Below are positions 60,692 to 64,000 of a stretch of DNA of 64,000 nt, piece by piece. The notes under the pieces were generated by a model that saw only the letters and a list, made by a program, of their open reading frames with translations, was not told the DNA's origin and did no database searches. The translations under genes and the position numbers were made by a program. Each line of letters opens with the position of its first letter. Position 1 is the stretch's first letter. Source of the DNA: Eledone cirrhosa (Eukaryota); assembly GCA_964016885.1 (NCBI GenBank), contig OZ024741.1, positions 338,024,001 through 338,088,000 of the forward strand. Reading direction: 5' to 3'.

Positions 60692-61861
60692 TGAAGGATG
60701 TTATTTAGTTGTAGCGAAAATAGACATGGCGATATTATGGGGATTAGTTGGATTGTCGCTTGAGGATTGTTTTGTGATATGGTCACCGTTGTGTAGAGTT
60801 TAGCTGAAAGTAGGTTGATGTGTATGTGCATGTTTGACCAGAGATTGCGGGCGTGAAATTGAGCTACAGAATTCCTTATGGTGATGATGTTGATGATGAG
60901 CATGTGATTATTCCTTGGGTAAGTGATTTACCCTGACCGCATGAAGGGATGCAATTTCATTGCTTGCTATAGACGTTATTTTCCCTAGTTTCGCCCCTGA
61001 TTCTGAGTTCAAATACCGATTCCCATTGCAAAAAGAGTTAGAATGTTTCTGCCAAGAGCTACGACCATCAGATTGTATAAACCCTTCCCAAGCAGGCTGG
61101 TTTCTTGTGGGGAGCAAAACATACTAAGGTTTTGTTACTATATTATCAACTTACTTCTTTTATACATCCGTTACCGGAGCCATGACGAAGTTCCTCCTCC
61201 AGCTCACCCTGTTCATCATTGCCGTCTGAATTCCCCTGCTTCTAATCCGGTGTCGTCCTCAAGAACACCATTAGGTGTGTTGGTGGCCGGTTTCCCAACT
61301 TGTCTGGTTTCCTAAAAAGAACTCTGCCAGCAGGTTCATTGTGACGTTTCACATTTCCGCCGGCTAATGCGAGCCTCCTATGTCTTACGATGTCAGAAAG
61401 GCGAAGGTGTGAGCCGTAGAGCGATTTATTTGCTACGTGTGTTCTTCAGGATATGTTCTGAAAACATGACTGACTATCAACTTTCAACCAAATAAATACC
61501 AAGGTCTTTTATGCAATTTTTAATATGAACTTTATTACTTTGACCAGTTATTTAATTCGTACATTTATTCAATAAAATATTTAGTCAATTAAACATTTAT
61601 TCAATTAAGAATCTTTTATAATTTTTTTCTTTCTGTTATATTTCATTTGGTAAGTGATTTCAATGTGTTTACCATGTTGGACACTTGCTGAGTTTGAACT
61701 GTCGAAAGACAAAAAGAGAATTTCATGGTTTCATCTGTTTTCTGTTAATTTGCGACTTTTACTTTACTGTACTGCATGGTTATATATCATATTGTATAAA
61801 GTTATATATATTTTATATAGTTATATATCATATTGTATATAGTTATATATATTATTGTATA

Positions 61862-62045
61862 TGATCATCATCATTTAACATCTATTTTCCTTGCTAGCAA
61901 TAGTTGGACGAGTCATCACAGAAAAGGTCATTACTTGGCCAGCAATACTGACCTCTCAGAATGGCCGAGAACTGCATCTTACTCATATAGGATCTTGCAC
62001 TCAACAGTTTACTGGGTGGATTTTATCGCGGCACCAGTACAATGG
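61862..62045 (-). mobile_element. Degenerate SINE 3' part with (GAT)n tail
   Basis: atcatcatcatttaacatctattttccttgctagc..gttggacg resembles, from memory, an abundant octopus SINE tail. Confidence 0.5.
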
Positions 62046-62664
62046 GCGTTGTCACGTCGTTGACACTGCTAAAAGGGTCTCTCAACGCCTTCTTTGACAA
62101 GCTTTTTTAAATTTGTGTCAGAATATTATCAGAATATTAAATATTATATTATCAATCTGTGATATATTGCTTGTATATGACATATTTATCACATATTACT
62201 ATTATAAATCTATGACATATCTATCACATACCACTATCATACATTTATAACATATACATATTACATATTACTATCATAAATTTATCACAAATGTTAAATC
62301 AATGACATTTTGCATAACACTGTAACTTACCTCGTTTACTGAGCCTATGAAGTAATTAGAAGTACAAGGTTTTCCAATACTCAGGGCGCTGGCAACTGTT
62401 TCGATAGAACCTGAAAATATATAAATATGATAATGCGTATATAATGTATATAATGTGTATAATGTATAGACATATAATAATGTATATAAATTTCTCTACG
62501 CTTGCCAAGATAATTACAATCAGCTACAGTTTAGCTCTTAACTTGTCACTACTAAAATAATTGTTTCTACTTTACTAAAATAATGGGAGATTAGAATATT
62601 GTTGAATAGGACATCAATTTATGACAATTTTTCTCTGGTCAGGAACTTCTATATATCTATGTGA

Positions 62665-62750
62665 ACTTAGGGTCTCAAATAATCGTTACCCCCTTCCCCG
62701 CTTATTAATTTTTCAGATTTTTTCCAACACCCCTGCTCTTATTCGACCCC

Positions 62751-62793
<43 letters not shown>

Positions 62794-63120
62794 GCTTATT
62801 AGACTTTACTAATCTATCTCAGGCGAAATTTTATTTTAAGTGGTAGCATTTCTGCGGCAATTAATTTTCTTTCTACATTAAAAAATCATTATAGGTGCAA
62901 AAAAGGTACATTACTAGAAATCTCATACGTTATAAAATAAATAGGATGGGTTGGGGTTTCAATGTGTAAACTATACGACTAATTCTGGGTTTTTTTTAAA
63001 TCAAGGGAGACAACCTAAAACAATTACTGGTTTTCTACGCACAACCCTCACCCCTACTTATTCCAATCCCCCACCCCACTTATTCCATCCCACCCCCTAT
63101 TATTTGGGGTCCGAGAGTAA
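62665..63120. mobile_element. Possible MITE with imperfect terminal inverted repeats
   Basis: gggtctcaaataat... / ...attatttggggtcc; internal (CA)n. Confidence 0.35.
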
Positions 63121-63628
63121 TTAGATATCTTTTCTAAATAAAAAGTGAAACATTATTTATTGAATTTGAAATATAATTAGATAGTACGTGTTAAAAATAA
63201 ATCACTTTATTCGGACGTGTCTACATCGTCGTTGTTATAATCACATTTTGGCATTCATATCCTCCCCGGTCTTCACCATTTTCAGCCATCGTACTTTCTT
63301 CAAGTTGAACCTGTCACCAAGGGGATTACTTCCCCACTACTTCCCAATGGTGGACCATCAGATTTAGAAAAAATAATTTACATGAAAAACATCCTGAAAT
63401 ACGTTGTTTGCGAAAATGTGCTCACGCAGCACCCTGAATGTTGAAAAGCCCTCAGCCAATCACCGCAGCTTAGCGACGGACCTACTTCGGGGGCTTGTCG
63501 TATTCGGTAATATTCTCAGAATTCCGAACAGAATCCTTTGATTCAATTCACGGGAATAAATTTTTTTAATTCTGTTGTTCATATCCAGTATGTTCTCGTA
63601 TTAGTTAATTAGTTGCATGTATAGATCA

Positions 63629-64000
63629 CTAACTATATATATATACACTAACTATATTATATATATATAGTTACGCTAACTATATTATATATACATACTA
63701 TAACTAGATTATATATACGTACGCTAACTATATTATATATACATACAATAACTATATTATATATACGTACGCTAACTATATTATATATACATACAATAAC
63801 TATATTATATATACATACACTAACTATATTATATATACATAGACTAACTATATTATATATACATACAATAACTATATTATATATACATAAACTAACTATA
63901 TTATATATAAATAGACTAACTATATTATATATACATACAATAACTATATTATATATATACAAACACTAACTATATTATATATATATACAATAACTATATT
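63629..64000. repeat. 24-bp minisatellite (taactatattatatatacatacaa), running off the window end
   Basis: ~15 units; matches the 8-aa period of the spurious ORF. Confidence 0.93.

Noticed and set aside
63230-63430. Possible host exon or transposase remnant (minus strand ..RFNLKKVRWLKM..)
   Set aside because: Too short and interrupted to assign without a database search
63629-64000. 24-bp repeat as a CRISPR array or a repeat protein (CIYNIVS)
   Set aside because: It is a contiguous TA-derived minisatellite

Overview
This is eukaryotic, gene-free, retroelement-saturated DNA. The SINEs and the extreme (TA)n content suggest an octopus or other cephalopod host, which is an inference. About a quarter of the window is degenerate (TA)n/(TACA)n array, and those arrays are landing sites for at least five lineages of Penelope-like elements (PLEs; RT plus C-terminal GIY-YIG, Hydra-clade features). 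Three PLE ORFs are full-length, two of them in a near-identical 3115-bp head-to-tail dimer. The window also holds Neptune-like PLE fragments, two large decayed Tx1/L1-clade LINEs next to (GATA)n, a CR1-like LINE 5' end, an RTE with a twin-priming inversion, and SINEs. The main signal the ORF track misses is about 22 type-I hammerhead ribozyme (HHR) motifs, found by eye, in about 10 distinct sequence families, mostly in PLE pseudo-LTRs or short TA-flanked ORF-less inserts. Many have greatly extended stem II (up to ~114 nt) and palindromic stem III, and two families carry a compensatory U3-A8 core. All IYIY-type ORFs are microsatellite artefacts. Structures were deduced by manual base-pairing, not computed.
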